64,000 nucleotides of DNA from Mobula hypostoma (taxonomy: Eukaryota), in the NCBI RefSeq assembly GCF_963921235.1, contig NC_086108.1, forward strand, positions 76,200,001 to 76,264,000, in the 5' to 3' direction. How positions within the stretch are numbered: the stretch's first letter is position 1; every line of letters starts with the position of its first letter. The position numbers and the translations under genes are program-made. This document shows, piece by piece, positions 1-12,785 of this stretch. Under the pieces are notes generated by a model, which saw only the letters and a program-made list of their open reading frames with translations, had not been told where the DNA came from and ran no database searches.

Positions 1-1469
1 CCTATAGAGGCTCATCCTAACCCCATCCACATATATTCATGTTTCACAACTGTTAAATGCAGATGACGAATCATTTCCTCTGTTTTACATGTCTCTCTTG
101 ACCAGTCTAAAACAGTCCTTCAAATTAATATATTTTCTACTACAGTATTTGTGGTCTTTGCTTTACCAAGTAATACATTCTGTGTAATAGGAATACTATC
201 GTGACATTGAGGCCTAAATATATTATTCCTATGTTTTATTTCTTTAAAATAACAATGCCATTTCAAATGTTCAATCAAGATAAATTTGTAGACATTAATA
301 TTTTGTATGTAGTGTGAGGTAAAACGGTGTCCTTTGATTTAGTGAGAACAATCCACAGGCAATTTGTTTCAAATAATAGCATAATTACAAACCATTGTAT
401 CAGGAGGACTGTTCTTTAGAAGCTGACCTGGATAGTTCTGAGGAACACGAAAGAATTACTGTACTGAGTTATGACCCAAAATTCTAATTCAGCAAGTATT
501 GGTTAACTGTATTCTTTAAAATTTATATATATATTGTGAATATGGTTCCAGGCAATAACAGCAGAGCCTGGGCAGGAGTTGCACAGGTAGAAAAAAATGT
601 GTTAACCTTTGCTTCTGGCAATCTTTGTAGACAGTGTTGAGATCCAGATGCTGCAGCTGCTCATGTTCATGTGCAAAGCTGGAGGCCTTGATTAAAAGTT
701 AGCAACTGTGGAGCTGCTCCAATCATTATCTGCAAATAGCATTTCTGTTTTTATGAAATTTGTATGGTGTTTTACTTGCCAATAATTGTTCTGTTATATT
801 GCCTTGGAATCTAATTAGGAATTAAGCACAGCACACTTTTAAGTACGTAACGCAGAAGAAATTGAACTGTTAAATAATGGATCTGATGCAGCAAAGGGGC
901 AGAAAAAGAAATAGTGAAGGGTTGATGATAGAGGGACAACAACAGTTGTGTTATAAGTGTGGTTTGCATCTTATTGAAATTGGAAATGAGCCTACTGATG
1001 ATCTTATCTCTGTAACTAAAATACAATGCATGTTATTTTTGCTAAATATATAATCCAGCGGTATTCAAGAAAATTTATCTACTTCATTTCTGTTTCTGCT
1101 TCAATAATGTGCTTCTGCTCTTTTATTATTTTAATTTAAACCTATTTATAGCTACTATCTGTTCTAACTTTTATAGTGTCATCATCACATTAATGACAAC
1201 CACCTTTGGCACTTTTTTTTTATCAAATTAGTTGGATCAAACTTGGGGGAACACTTGTGGAGGCTGGGAAGGTAGGGGTGAATTCATTGGTGCAGAGTTG
1301 CACTGGAACCAGTGTTGGAATGATGCTAACACTGGTTTCTATAAGCTGAGTAAACAGAATACTGTGCTACTTGGAGATTTCTTTTAAGTGTATTGTAATG
1401 ATTTGCTTGACAGATTTGTTTTTGCCTTTAAAAATAAGTTGACATTTATTTTTCCTAATTTGTAACTAC

Positions 1470-1880
1470 CTGGTATGGAGGTTCCAATGCACAAGATCGA
1501 TTAAAAAAAAAAGTATCAGGGTTGTAGGCTCAACCAGCACAAGCCTCCCCACCATCAAGGACATCATCAAAAGGCAGTGCTTCAATAAGGTGGCATCTAT
1601 CATTAGTGACCCTCACCATTCAGGACTTGCCCTTTTCTCATTACCACTATCACTGAGGAGGTACAGGAGCCTGAATAAGTACACTCAACGTTTTAAGAAC
1701 AGCTTCTTCCCCTCCATCATCAGATTCTGAAAGGTCTGTGAATCTATGAACCCTGCCTAACTATCTTGCTCTCTTTTTGATCTTTTTATATATTTCCAAT
1801 TATAACTTATAGTTCTTTTGTCTTGTACTACTAAACTACTGAAAAAAGGCATGACATGTCAGATAATAAAACTAATTCTG
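1470..1880 (+). mobile_element. Rex1/Babar-type LINE 3' fragment (degenerate)
   Basis: Broken frames resemble the Rex1/Babar ORF end (WYG..., SIISDPHHSGLALFSLPLS, RRYRSL, RFKNSFFPSIIRFL), followed by an AT-rich 3' UTR ending ATAATAAAACTAATTCTGA. Confidence 0.7.
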
Positions 1881-2424
1881 AGTACTTAGGTTCAGGTCCT
1901 TTATCTTAACAAATAATTTGTGTGTAGACAGAAGAAACCTTCCAAGTCTTACCACTAGAAGGCATTATAGCACAAGGGTTTGGATTTTATAGTCAGATCT
2001 GCAATTGTGAACCAGTCATTTGATTATAGTGTTTTAATTTTATAATGATGCCTAAAGTTTTTAAAGTCTTTTGATATGTTTAAAATGTTCTTGCTAAGAA
2101 TATTTTCTTCTACAAGTGTCTATGAACTGATGGTTTTGTTGTATTTTCTTTTTATATTATAATCCTCATTTCTGGTCAGCTAATAAATTCAGTGCAAGCA
2201 AAAGGAGGAGGAGCACTTGGGCTGAATACCACTGAGAATTAATTTGCGGTATTGAAATGTATCAATAGTGGCTTGTAATAAAATGTGAATTAGATTTTAG
2301 CCATATGTTTTCTTGAGCAGGATATTGATTTGAATTACCCCAGTTATCAAGACAAGAACTTCTATACATGTATAGTCCTATATATGTGTATTTCTATAAG
2401 TAACATTAAACTTTGAGTACTTGC

Positions 2425-2545
2425 TAGGTTCTGATGAAAAGTCATCAAATTGAATCTCTAATGCTATTTCTCTCACCACTGATGCTCCTGACATGTTAAG
2501 AATTTCCAGCATTTTCTGCTTTCTGGTTTCCAGCAACTGCATTTT
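2425..2545 (+). mobile_element. Degenerate PLE 3' terminus (hammerhead remnant plus tail)
   Basis: GGTTCTGATGAAAAGTC...GATGCTCCTGAC...ATTTCCAGCATTTTCTG...TTTCCAGCAACTGC parallels the younger termini at 16418-16547. Confidence 0.5.
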
Positions 2546-3231
2546 TTTTTAGGAAGGTGATCTTAAATATTTTATGATCTCAATCTTTTATGAAAAATCT
2601 TACATTTGCGTGGTAACCTAGTTTACTTACTATAACTGGCCTTTCTGTCATGGACTAGATTTTTAAACTGACATTTGCAATGTTTCTCTTACGATATTGT
2701 CTCAGGTGAAATCACTTATTTTTGTATGTTTTCTGTTGAGTAATCTTTTCAGGATGAGTTTGAATATTCCAACCAGACACAAGTCCTTCCTTTGCCATAA
2801 TTATGGTTCTCTGTAGTGAATTACTTGTCATGTTCTCTTTGCAAGTCAGTTTGTTTCTAACTTCTGCTGATGCATTTGACCTCCTGTTCTGCCAATGGAA
2901 TCAGCAAAGGTCCTGAGCTGAGGTCCCAGGTGTGAAGTGCAAGTGAGGCTAAGGGATCAAATAATGAAGGTTTTACAGGAGAAAATATTTGCAAAACTGA
3001 TACAGGAAGTGGTAATTTTTGTATCAGCAAGCCACCCTACAGTAGGAGCGGAAGTGAAAACTCCATGAACAAAGTTATAAAACTTTGGCTATTTCCAGCA
3101 TTCTGGTAGATTGCAGCACATTCAAAGGTTTTCCCATTCTTTAGAATATCAGTGATGCAAAACACAATTATTATATCAGACATAACTAAGAATTACTAAA
3201 ACTAAAAAAAAAGTAGTAAAAATATATTTGG

Positions 3232-3327
3232 GCAACACACACAAAATACTGTCTGGCCTGCTGAGTTCCTCCAGCATTTTGTGTGTGTTGCTTGGATTTC
3301 CAGCATTTGCAGATTTTCTCATTTTTA
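3232..3327 (+). mobile_element. Very short PLE insertion: 20-bp inverted arm, direct terminus and tail
   Basis: GCAACACACACAAAATACTG (3232-3251) is the reverse complement (19/20) of 3272-3291, followed by the TTGGATTTCCAGCATTTGCAGATTTTCTC tail. Confidence 0.75.
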
Positions 3328-4059
3328 AAAACAGATTTGTCAATAGATTCCATTAAATTAACATTGAGTTGGCATCACGTACAAGAAAAGACTCATTTGG
3401 GTGTTCTTGCAACTTTCACTACTGAATATCTTGAGTTCACTTCCATGAACAGGATGCTCAGACCACTAGAAACGAATATACATATTTTTGGGGGCAGGGG
3501 TGCGGTTCACAGCATTGAACTAACCAAATATTAGGAAGTATCTATTGACTTAATTAGATCTTTCGTCATTTGGACAAATTCAAGCATAATAGACTGATGT
3601 GGCGTAGAACTAGTTGATGGAAAATGCATAATAATAATTTAATATTGCACTTTTCTTGCTACAGTTAATTATTCAAAAACCAGAGTATTTTAAATCACTG
3701 ATTTGGACATGTCGTCAATGTGGGGCAATTGGATTTGGCAGCATGTGAGTCATTGCACATGCATAGGCAAGAAATTCTGCATTAATGAACCTTCCTTTAG
3801 AAGGTCATATTTTGCAAAGCTATGAACGAAGGTAAAGTGGACCTTTTACCTCTCCACAGTATGCATTTTCACCACTGCTGAATACTATGAATTGCAGGGA
3901 ACTAAAACTAATTACCCATTTTCACAAACGTTACGACTGATTATCCTGAATCCTTGGATCCAATATACAGAGACTTAACATGTGAGGAATTGGTCTCATA
4001 AATTTTTTTCAGAGGAACCACTGTGGAGAAAATAAAATACTTTTATCCAGGAGTTAACT

Positions 4060-4265
4060 TAGTACAATTCTATTACACGGTGTTGGGAGTTTGGAGTTCA
4101 GTTCCAGGGTCTTCTGTAAGAAAATTTGTACACATTTCCTACAGTCCAAAGACATACCATTTAGTAGGTTAATTGCCCTGTGATTAGGCTAGGTTTTAAA
4201 TTGGTGGCTTGGTGGGCCAGAAGGTCCTGCTCCATGCTGTATCTCTAAATAATAAAATAAAAAAT
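4060..4265 (+). mobile_element. tRNA-derived V-type SINE (degenerate)
   Basis: GGAGTTTGGAGTTCAGTTCC B-box-like head, CCTACAGTCCAAAGACATAC...GTAGGTTAATTG core, GGGCCAGAAGGTCCTG 3' end and A-rich tail; same family as 55952-56195. Confidence 0.6.
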
Positions 4266-6419
4266 GTTATAAATATGCTACATTAGAACATGCAACAAAC
4301 TGGGTTCATGGAAGTATATTCCAAATAGTTTTGTCTAGAATCTGTGGGAAACTTTATCAATTTGTATGAATACTGTTGCCCCATATAGTGACTCATTTGT
4401 TTATTTTCGCATACATTTCATGTATTTGAGCACTTTTTTGAGTGGCAACTATACTCGCTTCTCATATTTACTTAAAATCACCAATTCTATATATGAAATC
4501 AGAGGTTTCCTGGAGCAATTTTGATTGTCAGTGAAACCAAGTACCTTACAAAAATGATGTGATGTAGACAAGTTAGAATTGCAGTTGCAAGCTGTTACTC
4601 CATTACAATTAAGAGGTAGCTTAAATTATTAAGTATGGTAAAACAAATCACAATGCTATTTATTATAACATTTGAATAATATTAATTCAATTCTGACCTT
4701 AAATCTTAATAGAACTTATTGGACATGGTAGAGATCAGAAATAAATGCAGTAGCTGAAATAATTATGCAATGAATTTAGCCCAGGTAATAGAACAAGTGA
4801 AAATGTAATCTGGGGAGCAGAGATTCATCCATGATTTCAACTTGATTGAAGGCATGATTAAGATAAATTAGTTGGTTTATTATTCTCACATGTACCAAGG
4901 TGCAGTGTTTTGTATGACATCTATACAGATCATTTCATTACAACAGTGCATTGAGATATTACAAGAGAAAATGATAACAGAATGCAGAATAAAATGTTAT
5001 AGGGCAAGTGCAGTGCTGGTAGACAATAAGGCATGTGCCTTGTGTTACATGCTTTCATGTTTTTGTATGTTCTGGCTGATGGGAGGGAGGAGAAGAGAAT
5101 GTTCAGGGTGGGTGTAAGTAACATTTTTTAAAAATGGCCACATGGTTGATGTTTTAAAGCAGTTGCATGTGCAGGAAAATATGTGCTGGTTAGACAGTTA
5201 CACAAGTGGCAAATGGAATTAAATCCAGGGAAATGTGATGCATTTTAGGGAGGACAATCACATAAGACAAATGTATAATACATGGTAGGACAACTGAGAA
5301 ATGTAATGGAAGAGAGGAAACACGTCTCAGATATTTCTCATGAAGAAATTCAATTACACCATTTATTCATGAGAAGTACCTGGAAAGAGAGCTATGTGAA
5401 ACTTGGGAAAGATGTACACACACACACTTACCTGTTGTTATCAGTTACAGAAATTACATCAGATTTTTAAAGGACTAAGTTGATCACATATTATTTCAAC
5501 TTTGCCCAGTATCCTCTCTGCTAATTGGAAAAAGGCAACAGCAGATCAATGAATGGGCATTCATAGTAGCTGCATACATTCCAAGAATGCCCACCATGCA
5601 GCAAATTGCAAAGCTTACCTTCCATACTTATTTATTCTGAAGCTACTCCCCACTATCCATTCCTTTTTATAGAAAATATATGAGGTCTGTCCATTGGATG
5701 AGAACTACAACTGGCACAATTTACAGAATTGATCAAAACAGGCTGCACCAGTTTTCCAACTGGACTGTAAATTAAGAACTTTTACATTTAGAATGATTGT
5801 TCTCTGGCATAGCTTTCAAAGATCCCAAATTCCATACAGACTTATTTTTATTTTTGCAGAATTTGGCTATATCTATTACATTTATTTGGAGCAGCAATAG
5901 GGTTAAATTGTCAATGAATTCCTTTGATTTATTTTTAATTTAACACTTATTAGCATTTTTATCATATTTATAATTTTTATCAGAACATTGTAAAATGTTT
6001 TTATCACCTTACATTGGTTTTTAAATCTAGTTTAATATGATATTTTATGATAGGTAGTTTGAAAGGTGTGAAACTGGGAACATAAGGAAAACTCTTTCCC
6101 ATTTGAGGAGCATTGCATTAACTTGTTGCTGGGCAGAGGTTTACCCCTCTACTTGCAGCAATTTGAAATGTAGGGAAAGCAGTGTCATTAGTTGGCAGGT
6201 TCAACTATCTTAGCAGCAGTAATGCCTGAGGTTTGTTCCCTTGCTAGCATGGAAATATCAACAAATGTACAGTATTCCCTGGCTATCGATCAACAGGAGA
6301 AGGATGCATCAATCAACATAGCCATACATGTAATGTTTTTGCTTGCTGAATAGTGTGCATTATTTGTTTATAAAGCAGGTTTGCATTATTACCCAGATAC
6401 CAGCATTCTAGGAATTATT

Positions 6420-7030
6420 ATGACTTGTGTGCCTAAAGGTGGCTGCAAAGGTAGATGGGTGGTGAAGGAGGCAAGTGGGATGCTGGTTGGCATAGCTTGG
6501 CCACAATATAAGAGCATAGAAGTCTGGCTACATCGTAATAAAACCTTGGTTAGGCCACAGTTGAAGTATTGTATGCAATTTTGTTTCTCACCCTATGGAA
6601 AGAACGTGACTGCACTGAAGTGGGTGCAGAAGAGATTTACTAGGATATTTTCTTGGATGGAATATTTCAGTTCTGAGGAGGATCTGGGCTTTTTCCTTCG
6701 TGTGGGGGATATTGACAGTATAGATAGGGTGGATAGTGACAATGGAAATATCTAAAACCAAAGGACATGGGTATAAGATGAAAAGTAAGACGATTAGAGG
6801 GGATCTGAGGGGAAATGTTTTCACTCATATTTTGGCTGGAATCCAGAATACATGCTAAGGTAGAACATACTGGAGGAATTTAGTTTAACGTTTAAAAGTA
6901 TCTGGATTAACACTTGAATTACCAAGGAGTAGAAAGCTCTGGTGAAGTCCTAATAAATGGGATTGGATGGATATTTGATGGTTGGCATATGTATACATGG
7001 TGGGGCAAAGAGCCTGACTCTGTGCTGCTG
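6420..7030 (+). mobile_element. CR1 LINE 3' fragment (degenerate)
   Basis: ORF 6381-6755 contains KTLVRPQLKYCMQF...KWVQKRFTR, typical of the CR1 ORF2 C-terminus; CR1-like 3' UTR follows. Confidence 0.8.
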
Positions 7031-7099
7031 GATTCGATAATTCTACTTCCACTTTTGAAGTCTTTGTTACACTCAGTGGGCTACATTAGGTAAGATCAA

Positions 7100-7500
7100 G
7101 CCATTCATATGCTGCACAGCAGCCTCCTAAAGCATACACTGTATTCCAAATTCTATTGTGGGAAGTGGTTACCAGATCAACAGGGGAAATTTTCAAGGGT
7201 ATGTTCAAAGCTTCCTTGAAGAAATGCAACATCCCTACTGTTTTCTGGGAGTCACTGGTCCGTGATTGCTCAAAGTTGGAAAGGAGAACTTTGATGCTGT
7301 GAATTGAGAATGTACAAAGGCACTGTGACACAAGGAGCAGGCTATTTCAATAACTTCCTATTTGCCTGCCTAGTAATTTCTACCTGCCTCAGCTGCAGAA
7401 GAGTCTGCTGTTCCTACATTGGCCTCATCAGTCAACTCAGAATCCAGAAAGCTGGAGCGGAAGTAAGTCATTAATCCCTGAGGTATGCACGAGAAGGACA
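7100..7500 (+). mobile_element. RTE-clade LINE 3' fragment (degenerate)
   Basis: Broken frames read FKASLKKCNIPTVFWESLVRDCSK and CRRVCCSYIGLISQLR, resembling the RTE ORF C-terminus with its terminal zinc-finger-like motif. Confidence 0.6.
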
Positions 7501-7555
7501 AGAAAAGTACAAGAACTTATTTAGTCCACGTACCCATAACTTTGATCTCAGAGAT

Positions 7556-7750
7556 GAAAGAGATTAGCTTTATTTATTGCATATATATCGAAACATAGTG
7601 CCGCAGTCCACAAGTCTCGCCACGCTTCTGGCACCAACTCCGATGACACAATTCACCAACCCTAACTGGACATCTTTGGGATGTAAGAGTATATTGGAGC
7701 ACCCAGTAGAAATCCACACGGCACAGGGAGAATGTACAAACTTCTTAAAG
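7556..7750 (-). mobile_element. V-domain SINE fragment
   Basis: ACATCTTTGGGATGT...GGAGCACCCAGTAGAAATCCACACGGCACAGGGAGAATGTACAAACT is the antisense V-core; the AAGAGATTAGCTT...GAAACATAGTG end recurs at about 9296-9420. Confidence 0.6.
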
Positions 7751-7849
7751 ATAGCAGTGATCATTGGCCCTGAAAAGCATTGCATTAATTGCCACATTCC
7801 TGATCTGCCCTTACTGATTCAAGCACAACAGGGACTCTGATGCATAGGA

Positions 7850-8075
7850 ACACTGTCACCTTCATGTTCCTCTCAAATCTCAAGTCATTCACTATCCTGA
7901 CCTGGAAATATCTCAACTGCACTTTGTCACTGGGTCCAGATCTTGACGAACCCCACTCAATAGCTTTGGGTGCATTCCTTTACCAGAAAGAATGCATTGG
8001 TTCAAGAGGGTGGCTCACCATCATTTCAAGGGTTCTAAACTATAGATTGGTACTAAATGCAGGCCTAGCTGTAGT
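7850..8075 (+). mobile_element. CR1/L2-group LINE 3' end (old family)
   Basis: CCTGACCTGGAAATAT...GGTTCAAGAGGGTGGCTCACCATC...AAATGCAGGCCTAGC; antisense relatives at about 47835-47940 and 48318-48400. Confidence 0.5.
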
Positions 8076-8569
8076 CATTTTTATCATAAAAATACCCAGT
8101 TGCTTTAATTGGCCAGGTTTTTAATGCTAGATTAATACACATATTTCATAATGTCATCCAACCACAACATGATATTAGTGTATGATAACATGGTGTTTTT
8201 TTTTAAAGGGATAGTAATTGAGGCACTTAAGCTAATGATCTGGAAACATGAGTTTATATCCACCCAGTTGGCTGCTGAGGTTTCTAAACACAGTAAATTC
8301 TATTTTTCTGTTTTCTGTCTTGTTCTGCTAAATATTATGGACATGCTATTTTAGTGCCAGAATGTGTGATGACACTTGCGGGCTACTCTGACACATTCCT
8401 GAGTGTGTTGGTTGTTAGCGCAAACAACACATTTCACTGTGTGTTTCAGTGTACATGTGATAAATCTGCACCTGAAATCAGGAATATAGTATCAATACTG
8501 ATATCTGGAAAGGTGTTGGACTGTCATGAAAATTCATTAGGTTCACTATTGTTCTTGAGGGCACAAGAG

Positions 8570-8775
8570 CCTGCAGATGCTGTAATTTGTTGCTATAAAC
8601 AGTCTATTGGAGGGTCTCAGCAAGTGGAGCAGCACTTGGCAGGTGAATGGAACTGTTGAAGTTTCAGGTGGAAACCATGTGTGAGGAGTCCTGATGTAGA
8701 GTTTTAAGTTGTAATATTAACAGTTTTTTTACCCCTACAGGTGCTGCTTGATTCGCTGAGTTTCTCCAGCAGACA
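8570..8775. mobile_element. Old palindromic pair of PLE termini
   Basis: Antisense tail and terminus (CTGCAGATGCTG...CTCAGCAAGTGGAGCAGCA...GTTTCAGG) directly followed by a sense terminus (AGTCCTGATG...GTGCTGCTTGATTCGCTGAGTTTCTCCAGCAG). Confidence 0.55.
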
Positions 8776-9854
8776 TATTTCTCATTAATGTTTTTAGCTG
8801 GTCTGGCCAATATTTGACTGCAAAATCCACAGCAGTGTGTTTGGCTTTTGATTGGTCTCGGGTAACTGGGGATGGACAATAAGAGCTAGTCTTGCCTGCA
8901 ATGCTTAGACTTAAGAAAGAATTGAAAAGGCATTACCTATTCAGTAAAATCAAACATGGAGAGTAATATATTTTAACCAAAACCAAATTACTCTGGATTT
9001 AAGTCTTCCCCAAAATGTAATTTTTCTACACAATTAAGTTTAATATTATACAAATTCCTCAAATAGTTGATACCACCATTGCTGTCAACTCTCTGGAGTA
9101 CAATTGGTATTAGCCAAATTGGTAAAAGCTAACATTGGGTATTTCAATTAGTTTGCTATCAAAAAGCCCACCGGAGGAAAACGAATAGTATATTACAATG
9201 ATGTGTGCCAAAGGACACATTTCCAACAGTGAAAGCTGACTCGGTGTTTCAACATTTCACTCTCAGGGTAATTTTAAGATGGTCTTGAGAGATTAAAGAG
9301 AGATTAGCTTTAGTTACCGCATATATATGGAAACATAGTGCGAAATGTGTTGTCTGTGTTGGTGACCAACACAATCGATGTACTGTGCTGGGTGTAGCCC
9401 GCAAGTCTCACCACATTTCTGAAAATGGGAAAACAAAAAGTACGGAACTGGATTCTAGCGGACAACACTGTTGGTTCTACTGAAAAGGCCCCAGACCCAA
9501 GCTTTGTTTATTTTTCAATGCTATTTGTCAAGCCTCCAGAGGAGAAAATAACAGTATCTGAGCAGAGTAATTGGGACCAGTCAGCTACAAGTGAGCAGAG
9601 TGACAAACTGTCCCCTTTTACTATGCAAGTTGTGAAGATGCATTTCTGCAGGAGCTGTAGACTTAAATTCATGATAATGCAACTTTAAGAAGAAATGAAT
9701 AAGGTTTTAACTAAAAAGCAATGATTACTAATTAACAACTGCTTCAGCAGGCTGAATATCAGAAAAGCTATATATTGTGCCTATTATCCCATGGGTATCC
9801 CTATTATTAACCATTACAGATGATGCAGTGCTATTTTTACACTGAAAAAATAAT

Positions 9855-9996
9855 GTTCATGCATTTTATTACCATCCTACCTGTCATCTTACCTTACCCA
9901 AGTGTGTCATAAATGATACTAAGTAAACTTTGCAGTATATTCACAAAGCTCATTAGCTTCTTAATGTTTGTAAATTTGTTCAGAGTCGAACTTTCA
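9855..9996 (+). repeat. Left arm of a long-range inverted repeat (perfect 51-bp core 9909-9959)
   Basis: ATAAATGATACTAAGTAAACTTTGCAGTATATTCACAAAGCTCATTAGCTT is the exact reverse complement of 18433-18483; the flanks match imperfectly. Confidence 0.9.
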
Positions 9997-10137
9997 TGAA
10001 GTCAACATCTTGTATTTGAACAAAACCGCTTTTGGCCAGGTCAGCAGTTACTACTGTGATTTTTTAAAAAAAATGTGTTATTACAATCAGCTTTTAATTC
10101 AGTTAACCATCTGAACCACTTTAAATGGTACAGTTTT

Positions 10138-12477
10138 GAACATAGAACATAGAATAGTACAGCATAGTACAGGCCCTTCAGCCCTGAATGTTGTGCCAAC
10201 CCTCAAACCCTGCCTCCCATATAACTCCCCACCTTAAATTCCTCCATATACCTGTCTAGTAGTCTCTTAAACTTCACTAGTGTATCTGCCTCCACCACTG
10301 ACTCAGGCAGTGCATTCCACACACCAACCACTCTCTTGAGTAAAAAACCTTCCTCTAATATCCCCCTTGAACTTCCCACCCCTTATCTTAAAGCCATGTC
10401 CTCTTGTATTGAGCAGTGGTGCCCTGGGGAAGAGGTGCTGGCTATCCATTCAATCTATTCCTCTTATTATCTTGTACACCTCTATCATGTCTCCTCTCAC
10501 CCTCCTTCTCTCCAAAAAGTAAAGCCCTAGCTCCCTTAATCTCTGATCATAATCCATACTCTCTAACCCAGGCAGCATCCTGGTAAATATCTCTTCTGTA
10601 CCCTTTCCAATGCTTCCACATCCTTCCTATAGTGAGGCGACCAGAACTGGACACAGTACTCCAAGTGTGGCCTAACCAGAATTTTATAGAGCTGCATCAT
10701 TACATCGCGACTCTTAAACTCTATCCCTCGACTTATGAAAGCTAACACCCCATAAGCTTTCTTAACTACCCTATCTACCTGTGAGGCAACTTTCAGGGAT
10801 CTGTGGACATGTACCCCCAGATCCCTCTGCTCCTCCACACTACCAAGTATCCTGCCATTTACTTTGTACTCTGCCTTGGAGTTTGTCCTTCCAAAGTGTA
10901 CCACCTCACACTTCTCCGGGTTGAACTCCATCTGCCACTTCTTAGCCCACTTCTGCATCCTATCAATGTCTCTCTGCAATCTTCGACAATCCTCTACACT
11001 ATCTACAACACCACCAACCTTTGTGTCGTCTGTAAACTTGCGAATCCACCCTTCTACCCCAACGTTTGTGTCGTCTGCAAACTTGCCAACCCACCCTTCT
11101 ACCCCAACATCCAGGTCATTAATAAAAACTACGAAAAGTAGAGGTCCCAGAACAGATCCTTGTGGGGCACCACTAGTCACAATCCTCCAATCTGAATGTA
11201 CTCCCTCCACCACGGCAAGCCAATTCTGAATCCACCTGGCCAAACTTCCCTGGATCCCATGCCTTCTGACTTTCTGAATAAGACTACCGTGTGGAACCTT
11301 GTCAAATGCCTTACTAAAATCCATATAGATCACATCCACTGCACTACCCTCATCTATATGCCTGGTCACCTCCTCAAAGAACTTTATCAGGCTTGTTAGA
11401 CATGATCTGCCCTTCACAAAGCCATGCTGACTGTCCCTGATCAGACCACGATTCTCTGAATGCCCATAGATCCTATCTCCAAGAATCTTTTCCAACAGCT
11501 TTCCCACCACAGATGTAAGGCTCACTGGTCTATAATTACCCAGACTAACCCTACTACCTTTTTTGAACAAGGGGACAACATTTGCCTCCCTCCAATCCTC
11601 CGGTACCATTCCCGTGGATAACGAGGACATAAAGATCCTAGCCAGAGGCTCAGCAATCTCTTCCCTCGCCTCGTGGAGCAGCCTGGGGAATATTCCGTCA
11701 GGCCCCGGGGACTTATCTGTCCTAATGTATTTTAACAACTCCAACACCTCCTCTCCCTTAATATCAACATGCTCCAGAACATCAACCTCACTCATATTGT
11801 CCTCACCATCATCAAGTTCCCTCTCATTGGTGAATACTAAAGAGAAGTATTCATTGAGGACCTCGCTCACTTCCACAGCCTCCAGACACATCTTCCCACC
11901 TTTATCTCTAATCGGTCCTACCTTCACTCCTGTCATTCTTTTTTTCTTCACATAATTGAAGAATGCCTTGGGGTTTTCCTGTACCCTACTCGCCAAGGCC
12001 TTCTCATGTCCCCTTCTTGCTTTACTCAGCCCCTTCTTCAGCTCCTTTCTTGCTTCCCTATATTCCTCAATAGACCCAACTGGTCCTTGCTTCCTAAACC
12101 TCATGTGTGCTGCCTTCTTCCACCTGACTAGATTTTCCACCTCACTTGTCACCCATGGTTCCTTCACCCTACCATTCTTTATCTTCCTCACCGGGAGAAA
12201 TTTATCCCTAACATCCAGCAAGAGATCTCTAAACATCGAGCACATGTCCATAGTACATTTCCCTGCAAAAACATCATCCCAATTCACACCTGCAATTTCT
12301 AGCCTTATAGCCTCATAATTTGCCCCTCCCCAATTAAATTTCCCTGTCCTCTCTTATTCTATCTTTTTCCATGATAATGCTAAAGGCTAGGGAGCGGTGG
12401 TCACTGTCCCCAAGATGCTCACCCACTGAGAAATCTGTGACCTGACCCGGTCATTACCTAGTACTAGATCTAGTATG
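10138..12477 (-). mobile_element. CR1 LINE A, 5'-truncated, relatively young
   Basis: (TTCTATG)n-type tail at 10138-10154, 3' UTR, long RT ORF, and endonuclease C-terminal remnant (GEHLGDSDH) near 12400. Confidence 0.95.
10563..12287 (-). pseudogene. CR1 ORF2 reverse transcriptase region (574-aa open frame)
   Basis: KSPGPDGI, NYRPVSLTS, QHGFVKGRSC, DFSKAFDKV, PQGSVLGP, FADD, RPHLEYCVQFWSP; frameshift near 10590; RT motif C is duplicated. Confidence 0.95.
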
Positions 12478-12519
12478 ACATGTAGGTAGGATTGATGGCA
12501 ATCAAAACATATTGCAGAT

Positions 12520-12705
12520 AATCATAAATAGTAAATCATAGTGAATAGCCAGAGATTTTTTCCTAAGGTGGAAATGGCTAATATGAGGGTAATTTTAAGA
12601 TGATTGGAGGAAGGTATAGGGGGGGATGCCAGAGGTAAGTTTTTTTTTACACAGAGCATGATGACTGCATGGAATATCCTGCCATGGGTGATGGTAGAAT
12701 CAGAT
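12520..12705 (+). mobile_element. Older CR1 3' fragment, left part (split by CR1 B)
   Basis: AGCCAGAGATTTTTTCC...TGGAATATCCTGCC...GGTAGAATCAGA; continues at 18093 (ATCAGAAACATTAGGGGC). Confidence 0.75.
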
Positions 12706-12785
12706 CCCATATAATCATATAACCATTACAGCACGGAAACAGGCCATCTGGGCCCTTCTAGTCCGTGCCAAACTCTTACTCTCAC

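Noticed and set aside
600..745. Possible short host exon with splice-like flanks
   Set aside because: The frames I tried on both strands hit stops or gave no recognisable protein, and I found no partner exons.
10803..12318. Plus-strand ORFs of 112-130 aa
   Set aside because: They are antisense shadows of the CR1 A RT frame.
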